From Lama guanicoe (Eukaryota), in assembly GCA_013239625.1 (NCBI GenBank), contig MU053994.1, forward strand, positions 3,949,434 to 4,013,433: 64,000 nt of DNA. Reading direction: 5' to 3'. Position 1 is the first letter of the stretch; each line of letters opens with the position of its first letter. Of this stretch, positions 11,941 through 24,925 are shown in pieces. The translations under genes and the position numbers were made by a program. The notes below the pieces were generated by a model that was given only the letters and a program-made list of their open reading frames with translations, did not search any database and had not been told where the DNA came from.

Positions 11941-13634
11941 ACAAAAACAGACACACAGATCAATGGAACAGAATAATGAGCCCAGAAATAAACCCACACT
12001 CTTATGGTCAATTAATCCACAACAAAAGAGGCAAGAATATATGACAGAGAAAAGACAGTCTCTTCAGTAAGTGGTGCTGGGAAAACTGGACAGCTACCTG
12101 TAAAAGGATGAAATGAGAACATTCTCCAACACCATATACAAAAATAAACTCAAAATGAATTAAAAGCCTAAATATAAGACCAGATACTGTAAAACTCCTA
12201 GAGGAAAATACAGGCAGAACACTCTTTGACATAAATCACAGCAATATTTTTTGAACCAGCTCTTAGAGTAATGGAAATAAAAGCAAAAATAAACAAATGG
12301 GGCCTAATTAAACTTAAAAGCTTTTGCACAGCAAGGGAAACCATTGACAAAATGAAAAGACAACCTGCTTAATGGGATAAAATATTTGCAAATTATATGA
12401 CTGATGGGGAATAAGGGGTTAATATCCAACATATATAAATAGTTAATACAACTCGACATCAAAAAAACAAACAACTCTATTAAAAATGGGCAGAATCATT
12501 CAAAAGTCCACAAATGACAAATGCTGGAGAGGCTGTGGAGAAAAGGGAACCCTCCTACACTGCTGGTGGGAATGCAGTTTGGTGCAGCCACTGTGGAAAA
12601 CAGTATGGAGATTCCTCAAAAGACTAGGAATAGACTTACCATATGACCCAGGAATCCCACTCCTGGGCATATATCCAGAAGGAACCCTACTTTAAAAAGA
12701 AACCTGCACCCCAATGTTGATAGCAGCACTATTTACAATAGCCAAGACATTGAAACGGCCTAAATGTCCATCAACAGATGACTGGATAAAGAAGAAGTGG
12801 TATATTTATACAATGAAATACTATTCAGCCATAAAAACCTACAACATAACGCCACTTGCAGCAACATGGAATATTCCTGGAGAATGTCATTCTAAGTGAA
12901 ATAAGCCAGAAAGAGAAAGAAAAATACCATATGAGATCACTCATATGTGGAATCTAAAACAAAAACAAAAACAAAACATAAATACAAGACAGAAACAGAC
13001 TCATAGACATAGAATACAAACTTGTGGTTGCCAAAGGGGTGGGGGGTGGGGAGGGACAGACTGGGATTTCAAAATGCAGAATAGATAAACAAGATTATAC
13101 TGTATAGCACAGGGAAATATATACAAGATCTTATGGTAGCTCACAGTGAAAAAAATGTGACAATGAATATATGTATGTTCATGTATAACTGAAAAATTGT
13201 GCTCTACACTGGAATTTGGCACAACATTGTAAAATGACTATAATTCAATAAGAAAATGTTTTAAAAAATGGGCAGAATAACTGAATAGACATTTTCCAAA
13301 GAGGAAATGCAGGTGGCCAGCAGGCACATGAAAAGATGCTCAACGTTGCTAATCATCAGGGAAATACAAATCAGAACACCAATGAGCTATCACCTCACCT
13401 CTGTCAGAATGGCTATCATCAAAACAAGCACAAATAACAAATGTCGGCAAGGATGTGGAGGAAAGGAAACACTTGTATACCATTGGTGGGAATGTAAATG
13501 GTGCAGCCACTGTGGGAAACAGTATGGAAGATTCTCAAAAAAATAAAAATAGAACTACCATATGACCCAGCAATCCACTCCTGGGTGTATATCTGAAAAA
13601 AACAAAAAACACTAATTAGAAAAGGTACACATAG
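11941..13634 (+). mobile_element. Internal L1 ORF2 fragment inside Tigger1 (11941-12496 and 13279-13634), no 3' UTR or A-tail
   Basis: ORF 11829 switches in frame from transposase to L1 ORF2 ([25 protein letters not shown]). ORF 13307 continues ORF2 (RHMKRCSTLLIIREIQI). Confidence 0.93.
12497..13263 (+). mobile_element. Young 5'-truncated L1 nested in the previous L1
   Basis: ORF2 C-terminus (ORFs 12486, 12714) plus 3' UTR. 15-bp TSD AAAAATGGGCAGAAT at 12482-12496 and 13264-13278, at a TT/AAAA site. Confidence 0.95.
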
Positions 13635-13804
13635 TATTGAGAAGTGGGTCTGAAGATGTGACTGAATTGCTACCATCTCATGATTGAGCTATGTGTATCT
13701 TTTCTAATTAGTGTTTTTGTTTTCTTCAGATATACACCCAGGATTGGATTGCTGGGTCATATTGTAGTTCTATTTTTGTTTTTTGAGAAACTTCCATACT
13801 GTTT
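13517..13804. repeat. Inverted repeat: arms 13517-13634 and 13689-13804, 54-bp spacer
   Basis: The right arm is the reverse complement of the left arm, with about 8 differences by manual alignment. Confidence 0.95.
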
Positions 13805-14769
13805 TTTTTGACTTTTAGGTCTTATTATTTAAGAAATACTCTTTGTGAAGCTATAGTTGCCATAGGTAGTGATTCCTCTGATGGATCAGGGCAAAGTCAG
13901 TGGAAAACCTTCTAAAAAGGATTTACCATTCTTGATGCCATTAAGAAATTCGTGATTCATGGAAAGAGGTAAAAATATCAACAGTAACAGGAGTTTGGAA
14001 GAAATTGATTCCAATCCTCATGGATGACTTTGAGGGAATCAAGACTTCAGTGGAGGAAGAAACTGCAGATGTGATGGAAATAGTGAGAGAACTAGAATTA
14101 GAAATGGGGTCTGAAGATGTGACTGAATTGCTGCCATCTCTGATAGAACTTTAATGGATAAGGAGTTGTTTCTCATGGATGAGCAAAGAAGGTGGTTTTT
14201 TGAGATGGAATCCACTCCTGGTGATGATGCTGTGAAGATTGTTGAAATGACACCAAAGGATTTAGAAACTTAGTTGATAAAGCAACAGCAGCATTTGAAA
14301 GGATTAACTCCAATTTTGAAAATTCTGTGAGTAAAACTCTATCAAACAGCATTACATGCTACAGAGAAATTGTTCGCGAAAGGAAGAGTCAATCAGTGTG
14401 GCAAACTTCATTGTTGTCTTATTTTCAGAAATTGCCACAGCCACCCCCACCTTCAGCAACCACCCTGATCAGTCAGCAGCCATCAACACTGAGCCAAGAC
14501 TCTCTACAAGCAAAAAGGTTATAACTTGCTGAAGGCTCAGATGATGGTTAGTAATTTTTAGCAATAAAGTATTTTTAAATTAATGCATGTACATTGTTTT
14601 TTTAGACATAATGCTACTGCACACCTAATAAACTACAGTATAGTGTAAATATAGCTTTTATATGCACTGGGAAACCAAAAAGTTTGCATGACTCTATCTC
14701 AGTATTTGCTTTATTGCAGTGATCTGGAACCCAATCTGCAATATCTGTGAAGTATTCCTATACTCATTT

Positions 14770-15600
14770 ATAGGCTATGCACATTAAAAAAGTTTTGGTA
14801 AAAATTGCCAAATTGCCATCTAGAAAGTTTGTATCATTTTAATTTCTACCATCGTTTTATAGGAGGGTCGTTTCACCACGCTTTTGACAGTATTGAACAT
14901 TATAATTTAAACTTTTACAAATATAATAGGTAAAAAATATTTCAATGTTATTTTATTTTTCTTTGAGTATTTTTGAAAGATTTTTATTTCTTCTATGAAT
15001 TAGTTTTTTATGTCCCTTGACCATTTTTCTTAGGTGTATTTATGTTTTTCTTATTGGGTTGTTAGCTTTTTGCATGTTTAAGTGATGGTTTTTATATGAT
15101 TTTTTATATTTTTAATATGTTAAGTGATTGATCTTTGTTTTTTGTTTATTGTTAATATATTTCCTAGTTCATTATATGACATTCATGGTGTTCTTCAACA
15201 TATAGAAATTTAAAAATTTTTAGCCAAGAACCAAGTCTTCTTTTTATGTAAACATGTTGTTAGATGTTTACAGCATGATTTCTTACCTTGTATTTATATT
15301 TAGAGATTCCCTGTCACTCAGTAATTAATGAAATTATAATTTATAGTTAGTTTCTGCCTTTAAAAAAAGTTTTGTTCTTATCATTTGACTCCCTGATTTA
15401 TCTGAAATTTATTGACATAATGAGGTGATATTATAAAATAGGGCTCTAACTTGATTTTCTCCAAAAAGTTAGTTTTCCAAATTCCTTGTGTTAAGTAAAC
15501 ATCTAATTCCTATTGCTTTGTGATTTCTTTTGTATTCCATTTGAAGTTATAGTATATACTCAGGTACATTTCATGGTTATCTATTTGCTCTCATTGATCT
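14770..15600 (-). mobile_element. Old L1 (L1ME-like) fragment, probably continuing from ~10850-11062
   Basis: T-rich antisense L1 motifs on both sides of Tigger1 (aattgccaaattgcc..agaaagtttgtatc). Confidence 0.6.
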
Positions 15601-17019
15601 TTTATTTACACAATGCATTTTTTATTGGGTGCCTATACCTACCATGTTCCAGATCCTGTGGTGGCACTGGGACATAGGAAGGTGAACAAGAAAGACACCA
15701 TAAGCTTCATAAGGACAAAGGCCATCATATTGTAAGAGTATGTTACCACCTCGTTGATTCCAATTCAAGTCTTCTTAACACTTTCTGGGTTTTTTTGCTT
15801 GCTTCTTAACGTCCAGTTAATTTGAAAGCCTTTGGACGGTAGGGAAAAAGTCCTCATTTTCCACTCACTCTTCCATGGCATCTTTGCCAGGGCCAGATGG
15901 ACTATAATAGGCCCTGATTGATTGGGAAAATCAATCAAAATACTTTTCTGCTCCTTCCCTTCCACCTTGATTTAGCAAAGGCGTAGATTTCCCTTTTCAG
16001 GATGCAGCTATGGTAAATGAGATCATTAAACCAAGAATCAGAAGACTTCGGTTTGAATTGTGATTATGTCTTCACTTCTCAGAACCCTAGTTTCCTCATC
16101 TTTAAAGTGGAGTTAATTATACTTGTCTTATAGGAATCTTTGTGGATGAAATGAGAATAGGTATTAAAACTTTTTGAAAATTGTAAAATATCACTGAGAT
16201 TTAAATTATTACTTTTACATTTAGTCAAACTAAAGTACAGACAACTTGAAAGCAAGGCTCATGTCTTGCTGCCTTTGTGACCCCTTGTCTAAGCACACTA
16301 TTCATTTAGTACTTCACTCACAGGGAGTTCTCAGTAAATACATAAATAAATTTCTTTGCCCAGGTAGATGCTGTTCTAACATAACCTGATGGAAATATCC
16401 TCTGCTCAGGAAATCTAAGCAAATAACTTATTGTTTGCTGTGGATTTCAGTTGCCTTTAGTAGATCATCTAAGCTTCCTGCTAGCCCAGAGTTTGGGAAC
16501 CATCTTAAATACTGTTTAACAGAATAGAGAAGATCTATAAGGTAATACATTAAGCCTTTGACATTTGAGAGGGATACCACCCTAAACCCACAAAAATCTC
16601 CAAATCTGCTAATACTATAATAGTGTACACTTTCCATGATTGAATACGCTAAGATGTAACTACAATATTTATGGTTAGAGTTTTGGTGCTTCTGTAACTC
16701 TACTGACCCCTAGGTCTTGAGTCAAACTGGTTGGACTTTGCTTTCTCTTGGGGAGTGGTCTTCCGTGTTAGCTCCTTGGCTTGCCCTTAAAACAGACCCC
16801 AGTAGCTTCCTGATTTGCCTTAATCCTGAATCCAGGATGAACAGAATTTATGCCCAAATTGACATCACTCCTCTAACTGGAATCTTTTCGACCAGGAGAA
16901 GAATTCAAAGACCTTAACGAAGTGAGTACAGCCAGATAAATAGCCAGGAGGTTGAGGAGACTTGGGAACTCCAGCTGAAAAAAAATGGGGTAGTTGGAGT
17001 TCCTCTGACTTGTCAGAGT

Positions 17020-17150
17020 TTTAATCTCATTTTACAGATGAGGAAAACTAGACTCAGGAATTTTTAATAACTTGCCCAAGGTCAAAGAGCTGAAGGAGTC
17101 AGAATTTCAAGCCCTTTTGGAATCCGTATTTCATACTCCTAACCCTCTTG
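17020..17150 (-). mobile_element. MIR fragment
   Basis: ctcattttacagatgaggaaaactagactcag..taacttgcccaaggtca. Confidence 0.8.
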
Positions 17151-19529
17151 TTCTATGATAATGCCAAGGGCTCTTTTGAATATCAGTTTTTTCCTGTTAG
17201 GTGCTCAATAAATACCCAGATAAATTCAGGAATTGCGGGGAACAATTTAGGCTGGTTATGTGATTGGAAGGTAAATTTTATTCTGCTGCAAATATCTCTG
17301 TGAACAATGAGGAGGAGTAAGCAGCTGGTAAGCAATTAGGGGTCTGGACAGCTGAGCTCCACACTGAGCAAGACAGACAGGCTGGCAAGTGGCTGTGGGG
17401 GCGGAGCCTGGACTGTCAGTGCCGGCTCTATCTGGCATTTTGGTGACCTTGGGGATTCTGATCCCTGCAGCCTCATAGCACCTTCACTACTATGCTTAAT
17501 TAATTCCTGCACCTGTCAGTAGATACCCAGACATTCCCAATCCTCATGCTGCTATTGTTTGATCTAAAGAGAAATCTGGAATGAGGAAGTCCTGCCTGGA
17601 GCCCTTTCTAGGAAGGGGGCTTAATTTTGTTACTGCAGTATCATAAGATTCTTGTGCCTCTTCTCGCCACTGCTTGGCCTGTTGAAGATACAAAATGCAC
17701 CTCCCCAGCATGATACGCTTTCTTCACGCCCTGATCCATGTCACCTGTCAGGGAGATCCCATCTCACTTCTCTTATTCCCTTAATTAGGGTAAGGGAGGT
17801 AGGTACATCTTCCCATCAATTCCAGCCCTCCTCTGGGAGCAAAAAAACCCTCTCAAGACTTCCCTTCATTCAGATTTGGAGCCACAGACCTCTTCCAAAC
17901 ATTACAGGGATTATCTATTTCCCATCAGGACCCCTGTTTTTTTATTACAGTTCTCCGAATACACATTTTGGCCAACTACTAAAAGGCCAGTGTTAAAAAT
18001 CATGTTTAGTCAAAGTTGAAGCCAAAGCTGAAAATCACCATCATAAAATAAACTTCTAGATCATAAGGATAAATCTGAAAATGTACCAAAATATTTATTA
18101 TTAAAAACCTAACTGAACTTTTCCAAGACTGACATTATAGATCAGAAATAATGTTTCCTCAGGTACTCTCGGCTGCCTGATTGATTGTGTGATCACTGTA
18201 ATGCACATTCATGATACCAAATGGATTCTTATTTTCAAATGAGGTTGATGCATAAGCAAGATATTTTGAGGCTTGTTCTGTCAGCACAGGATTCTACTGG
18301 TGTGGGGGGTAAGGCTACCACCACATTATGAAGCCTTCCTTCCTACTAGTAACCAGCTAAGGCTAAGGTTATCTCTTCCTCATCTGTTGGACTTGAACTT
18401 TGGTCATGGTGATGCGCTTTAAATGAACCAACCCCCCCCCCCAAAAGAAGCTCTGTGCATTGCTTGAGAAAGATGCTTTCTTAACTGTTGGGAAACAGTC
18501 ATATGTTATCTTGTTTAATAGTATAAATGATGGCTCTGAAAACAATCCCTCTAAAGATAGACTTATGATATAGTTTAAGCTCTGTTATTTGGCCTTGTAT
18601 TATTTCTGTATTTAAATTTTATAAAAACACTTGTGGTTTAGAGAGGAATTAGTTTCTTCATTAATTTATCAACTAATACTCTCTCAGTATGGTATAAACT
18701 GTCATTCTATGTCCCTACTTATTTAATTATTTGAAAGTTCTTAATAATTGTTCTTGAATTAAAATGAACAGATTTCACATCATTATTAATTGTAGTAGTA
18801 TTTAACTTTTGCAAAGGTCAATATGCATTTATACTTCAATAGTTTGAAAGAATTTCAATATGGAAAGTACATGAAATTTTTTACTTCAAGTTATATCTAG
18901 AATGCCTATCTCCAAATTACATCTAGCATTTGAATGTGAACATTCTGATAACAAAAAATCAGAATTATATGTTTTACTCATTCACAAGCTTTATGTTGAC
19001 TAAATATGAGAGTAATCTACACCATCACATGATCTTGGATTGCATGCAAATATAATGGTACCAGAAATGATATAGGTGTTTAGTTTTTTTCCCTCCAAGA
19101 CAGATACAGATTTGGTCTTTATACTGAATCTAAAGCCTAATATTGGGTTGCAACTAATCCTTATTTGCAGCTTAGATGGTTTTAGGACCATGTTCAAACC
19201 AGTTCTCCTTCACTTGACTTTAATGTTCTTGTTCACTATGGTTCTACTACTTCCCTTCTTTCATGGCCACCCCTCTCAGCAAAGATATTCTCCTTTTCCT
19301 TCTATTTCCACATTACTCAGTCTCTCCTTTATTCATCAACAATTCTCTGAGCTTGTACAATATAGCAGGCAGTGAGCAAGGTCCTGGAGATACAGCTGGG
19401 AACCCAACATTCCCTTCTCCCAAGCAGCTTCTACTCTAGAGGTGGAAAGATGGGTAAACATGGGATTGCTATGTATACAGTATGTGATTAATGCTATGAG
19501 GCAGGAGATCACAGGGGGCAAATACATAC

Positions 19530-20075
19530 ATATATAATTTATTGCTGCTTAACAAATTACCCCAAAACTTGGTGGCTTAAAATAACATTATCTTATAGTT
19601 TCTGTGTGTGTGGAATTTGGGAATGGTTTGGCTGGGTGGTTCCAGCTCAGAGTTGCTCATGTCATTGGAGTCAGAATGTTGGCTAGGGCTGCAAAATCTG
19701 AAGACTTGACTGGGGCTGGAGGATCTGCTTCCAAGATGGCTCCCTCATATGGCTGTTGGCAGGAGGCCTCAGTTCTTCACCATATGTGCCACTTCATTGT
19801 GTTGCATGAATGTCCCATATGGCAGCTGGCTCTCACAGAGAGTAGTGAGACAAAAAGAGAGTGACAGAAGGACAGAGGGAGGGAGGAAGCAAGAGAGAGA
19901 TGCAATGCTTTTTACAACCTAGTTTCAGGAATTGCACAGTATCACATTTTCCACGTTTTAATAGCTAGAAGAGAGTCACTAAGTCTGACCCAATCTCAGT
20001 GGGAAGGGATTTAAGCACTACGTTTTGGAGGAAGAAGTGTCAAAGACTTTGTGGATACATTTTAAAACTACCACA
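19530..20075 (-). mobile_element. MaLR solo LTR (MLT1 family)
   Basis: attgctgcttaacaaattacccaaaacttggtggcttaaa..ggaggatctgcttccaagatggc..ctaccaca. Confidence 0.88.
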
Positions 20076-21364
20076 ATTTGTGGGAAAATATTTATAAGAA
20101 TAAATACAACATTTTAAACAGTAATTATGTCTAGGTGGTAGGATCATGAGCTACTCATTTATGTGTATTTAAACATTTTACATGGACATGAATGTATTAA
20201 AATAATACCATACACATTTTTAAAATAGACCACAAAAATATTGTACAGTGTTGACATTGTAGAATGCTGAACACGTTTCTTGAAGCATTCTCAATGGATT
20301 TACTTAAGATGGTTTGGCCAGAAATGATTCCATGAGTCAGAATTTCTGAAGTACATATCACATTAGCCCCAGTTTACAAGTGATGAAACCAAGACAGAGA
20401 GAGGTTAATTGAGGTTAACTAACTGCCCAAAGACATAGAATAAATAAGTGGTATAGATGAACTTTGAATCTAGGTAGCCTCGTTCTACAGCCCAAGCTCT
20501 TAAACTAAATGAGACATCCACAGTATTGGACTGTATGTAATCACACTGTAGATCATACTAACAACAGCTCAGAGAAATGAAAGAGCTAGAGCTGATCTAT
20601 TTAGGCAAAGTTTCATAGAAGAAGCAAACAGTGAGTTGTGTCTAGTAGAAAAAATGAGATTTGGGTAATCTAAGGATGACATTACAAATGGGAAGAGTAG
20701 TAGTCTAGCCAAGGTCCAGAAAAGGGTTGGAGACTGGCCTTTCCAAGGATGTCCCAATGAGAAGATCAGTCCTGGTAAAGTGGAGGTGTTCCTGGTGAGT
20801 TGTGTGAATTAAGGTGAAATGGAGTGAGATGGGGATAAGGGTGGGATGCCAGATTCAGAGGAGCCCTGGCTGCAGGCAGGAGGGTTTACCCTCAATTTAT
20901 GTTCACACACAGACTTGGAGACCTTGGTCCCTTGCCACCAGGAAGGGTCCATGCCTTTCATTTTAAATATGGGGAATTAAGGCCTACAGAAGAAAATGAT
21001 TCATTCACTTCCCAATTTCATTTTACTCACTCATTCTATTATGTTAGGAATTGTTGGAATGTTTGGGCTTTTTTTTTTCATTTAAAGTCCTTAATTACTA
21101 TATTTTTATCATTAAAAATAGTTTCAAATACAAATAGTAAAGAATCCATTTTCTAAAATGGGGCACTGCAGGCTATAGCTTATTCCATACTAGTTGAACT
21201 TAAGTGAAGTCTGTGTGCTAGACTAGGATGCTCCATCAGTGCCCATTTCCAAAATCACCCTGGGCATTTCCTGTTAATCCAGGGACACTTCAAATTTGTT
21301 GTGCGAGATTTATTTATTTGTTTGTTTAGTACAACATGTTCTGGATACAAAGGGCTTTTTAAAA

Positions 21365-21365
<1 letters not shown>

Positions 21366-21401
<36 letters not shown>
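21366..21401 (+). repeat. (CA)18 microsatellite
   Basis: Perfect CA run. Confidence 0.98.
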
Positions 21402-21403
<2 letters not shown>

Positions 21404-21711
21404 CCTGTCCCCAAGGATTTAGTAGCTTATGGCCCATAAAAACTTGGAAATCACCAACCAAAGTTAGATCTGTTCAGCAGATATCGATATCTTATTACTT
21501 TCAGAAATAATTTCCGGGATCTAAATTTAAAAATATCCAAATAACAATAGATACCATATTTGCTTTGTTTTTCTTCTGTTTATCAAAGTTTATGGTGAAA
21601 TGAAGCACCTAAAGAGCTGAGATCAGTTCTCCATGGTACTTAGTACCCATTTCACACCATGGGCTCTTAGATGATGTCATGTTAATTACCTAGAAAGGCT
21701 GAATGAAACCA

Positions 21712-21769
21712 TTTTTCCCCCTTTGATGACTAATGATAACTTTTTCCCCCTTTGATGACTAATGATAAC
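21712..21769 (+). repeat. Perfect 29-bp tandem duplication
   Basis: TTTTTCCCCCTTTGATGACTAATGATAAC twice. Confidence 0.97.
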
Positions 21770-23649
21770 TGGTGGGTTTTACCCTGCTTCCCACGTTTTT
21801 CCAGCAAGGATCCAAGGAGTTTTTGCCACAAATTGTATATGGGTTCCAACTCCTGGCTCATTTCAAGTTCCCTCATTCAGACTGAGGATCAAGGTAGTTC
21901 AGAGCACCTACACATGGCCCTGGGAACTAAACAGGACATCTTTCCTTTGCTAGTTTAACTCCCAGGGTACCAATACTGCCTTCTACATGGGCTCTAGTAG
22001 TTTCCAAGAGTGAATTATAGTTTGCTCTTTGCACCTTTTCCTCCTACCCTCCCTCCTTCTTTTCCATCCTTCCCAGCAACGAGGTAGGAGAAACAATATG
22101 CAGTTATTGCGGGGGCAGAAGCACTTCAAAGCCAATCAAGAAAAAGAACTCTACATGTGACATTATCAAACAGGTTAGACCGTTAGCAGGGTGATTAGTG
22201 TACCTGATGGTGCCTATCATTGAGGGTCAAGTCTCCTTAGTAGCTAATGTGGGCAAAAAGATCTTCAAGCATCCATTAAGGCTGTCAGATAAATGCCCAA
22301 GAGAATGAATTCAATGGCTACCTCTACTTGGGAACACCGTTCTCCCATGACCTGGACCTTCTTACCTAGCCACAGTGCTAACCTCTCTAAGGCGGCTCAT
22401 CTGGCTCAGATCCACTTCCAGGGCACTGCTTGGCTTTTCACTCCTCTCTCTCTTCCTGCCCTTTTAAGGACCTCTTATTTGTAGACCCACATGCGTTATC
22501 TATCTTGCTGAGCTTCCTCTCCTCTACGTGGCATCATCTAATCAACCTAAATTGTCTCCATTTTGTGTTACTTCTCAGGCCTTTTATTGAGTGCCATTTC
22601 CTCTGATTTTCTGCCTCTTTGGTTTTCCTTCAGTCGTAACTTTTGTCCTTTAAAACTTTACTGTGATATTTCAAAAAAGAAAATTGCCCCAATTAATGGA
22701 GTTAAGTTGTGGGTACATAAGATACATATTTAGCAAACATTTCCCAAAGACAACATATGTGATTTCTCTCTCCATCTATATTTATTTGTGAATTTTTAAA
22801 TCTATAACTTGATTTTGGAGTGAAATTAAGCTATAGATGTTATATCGGGGGAAAAACATTTTAGCTCAATACCTGGTTATTCAGTAACAATTTCTGTCAC
22901 ATATTAGTCACATTTCTGCTGAGATAATGCTGTTTTTAATAAAGCAGCCCCCCAAATCTCAGTAGTTTACAACAAGCATTTTTTTCTCACTCTTCAGTCT
23001 CTAGGTTGGCTAGGGAAGCAGCGAATAGTGCACGTGATTGAAACACACACACGGGGAAGGTATCAGTAGGAAACAGATGGAAGAAGATGAGACTCAACAG
23101 GTGGGCAGGTGGTAGGTTTAGAAGGGCCTCATGCCACAAGCAGACAGTGGGGAATCCCAGAGCTTTTAAAGTAAGGAAGTGACATAATTTTATCTAGGGT
23201 ATAACACTGATGGGAGTGTGGAGAGTGTGCTGAAGCTGGAGTTCCCTGGAATCAGGCTGTGATAGGAGTTGAGACAGGAGCTGGTAAGCCTGTGAAATAG
23301 AGCTTTAGCCATAAGGATACAGCCCAGAGCACAGATGCTAGAGATTATTTTCAGGAAGCAAAATTGGCAGTCTATTTGATACAGGGAGTAAGGAAGAGAA
23401 GAGGCTAGGATAAAACCAAGTTTCAGAGCTCATTTGGGATGTGACTGGTGCAGCCCTAGAGAGTAGATGAATACAGGGGAAACAGGGAGGAAAATGAAAC
23501 CCCTGGTGTCCTATGCAGGCCTCTCCAGTGTATAAAGGGACACATACACAAACTTGTTTCCTTAGCCACAGAATCAGTTCAGGATGTGGGAGAGGTAGCT
23601 AGATGATGTGGATGAAGTTGATGATGATGATGATGACAGTTGCCACTTT

Positions 23650-23840
23650 TGACAATGAGCTAGATACTGTCTCTTTCCATGCATTATCTCATTTGATCCT
23701 CACAACAACCCTATGGAATGGGTACTTTTACTGTCCTCATTTACAGATGAGGAACCTGACAGGTAGAGTTGCTGACGTTCCAAAGCTACACAGCTGCTAA
23801 GTGGTAGAGTGGAAATTTGAGCTGGTACGTTTGTCTCCTC
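23650..23840 (-). mobile_element. MIR
   Basis: atctcatttgatcctcacaacaaccctatg..catttacagatgaggaacctga. Confidence 0.85.
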
Positions 23841-24150
23841 TCTACCTCCACTTTGGTGAGGTGGTTGTTACCCCAAGCGTGGACTGATACTCAGGTAGGT
23901 CTAGCTGGCCGATGCTCAGAGGGATGATTTCACAGTTCTCTGAAGTCCTCTTGAAATAGTCTGAGTCATATCAGTCAGTGCCTTTATTTCACACAATCAC
24001 TGACTGGTTGATTGCAGTGGCTTCATAAGATTCAAGTTCATAGCTCGTAAAGTTAACCTCTGACACGAGTAGCATTTTTCACTTCATTAAAATCTTTCAC
24101 GTGCATCTTCTCATTTGTTCCTTAGAAAAATGCTACAGATGTTATGATCA

Positions 24151-24364
24151 CAAGTGGCCACAAACTTTTTCCTTAAAGGGTCAGATTGAAGCTTTGTGAA
24201 CCTTATGGTATATGTCTCAACCACTCAACTTTGCCCTAATGGCATGAAAGCAGCTGTAGACAACACATAAACAAATAAGCTTGTCTGTGTTCCAATAAAG
24301 CTTTATTTACAAAATTAGATGACAAGCTATATTTGGCCTATGAGCCATAGTGTGCCAACTCTTG
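24151..24364 (+). mobile_element. MER58A-like hAT-Charlie non-autonomous element
   Basis: caaactttttccttaaagggtcagat..tgtgttccaataaagctttatttacaaaa..gccatagtgtgccaactcttg. Confidence 0.85.
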
Positions 24365-24464
24365 TTCTAGATGAATGAACTTCCTTTCATTCAAAGTGGT
24401 TAAACGATCCACTCAATTTCGCACAACTTGTAGAAGTAGAAATGGAACCTAGGCTTCCTACTTA

Positions 24465-24925
24465 CTGTATTCATTCAATAAATATTTGAGTCCCTCTTAC
24501 ATGTCAAGCCCTGTTCTAGGTCCTGGGGATAAAGAAAGTCCCAGTTTCTACGTAGCTTACATATTTTGGGGAGACAGATGATGAACAAGTAAATGAGCAA
24601 AGAAGATAACTTCCGAAAGTGAAAAGTACCATGAAAAAAATAAAGCAGTGCTAAATAGAGGACTTAGCTATGGGAATCAGAGAAAACCTCTCTGAGAGAG
24701 AAAAATTGGAGCTGAAATCTGTAGAAAGAGAATAAATCAATTACACACAGATTTGGGGAAGATTATTCCAGGCAAATGGAACAGATAGTGGGAAAAAAAA
24801 ATGTGTGGCTAGAGTAAAGTGAATAAGGGAGAGGACAAGATCTGAGAAATAGGGGAAAATAAGGGTAAGAATGATAAGCCATGACAAATAATTTTGATTT
24901 CATTCAAAGTGAAGTGAAAAGCCCA
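24465..24925 (-). mobile_element. L2 3' fragment
   Basis: cattcaataaatatttgagtccctcttacatgtcaagccctgttctagg. Confidence 0.75.

Larger units (their letters stand above)
11065..14760 (+). mobile_element. Tigger1 (TcMar/pogo) DNA transposon, disrupted: left part 11065-11940, right part ~13805-14760
   Basis: TA dinucleotides at 11063-64 and 14761-62. Termini CAGGCGTATCTC...AGTATTCCTA. Transposase remnant in ORF 11829 ([23 protein letters not shown]). Confidence 0.95.

Noticed and set aside
11829..12044. Transposase-L1 ORF2 fusion protein
   Set aside because: Only 71 aa, non-ATG start, decayed flanks. A by-product of the insertion junction.
21712..21769. CRISPR-like repeat
   Set aside because: Two adjacent copies with no spacer, in mammalian DNA.
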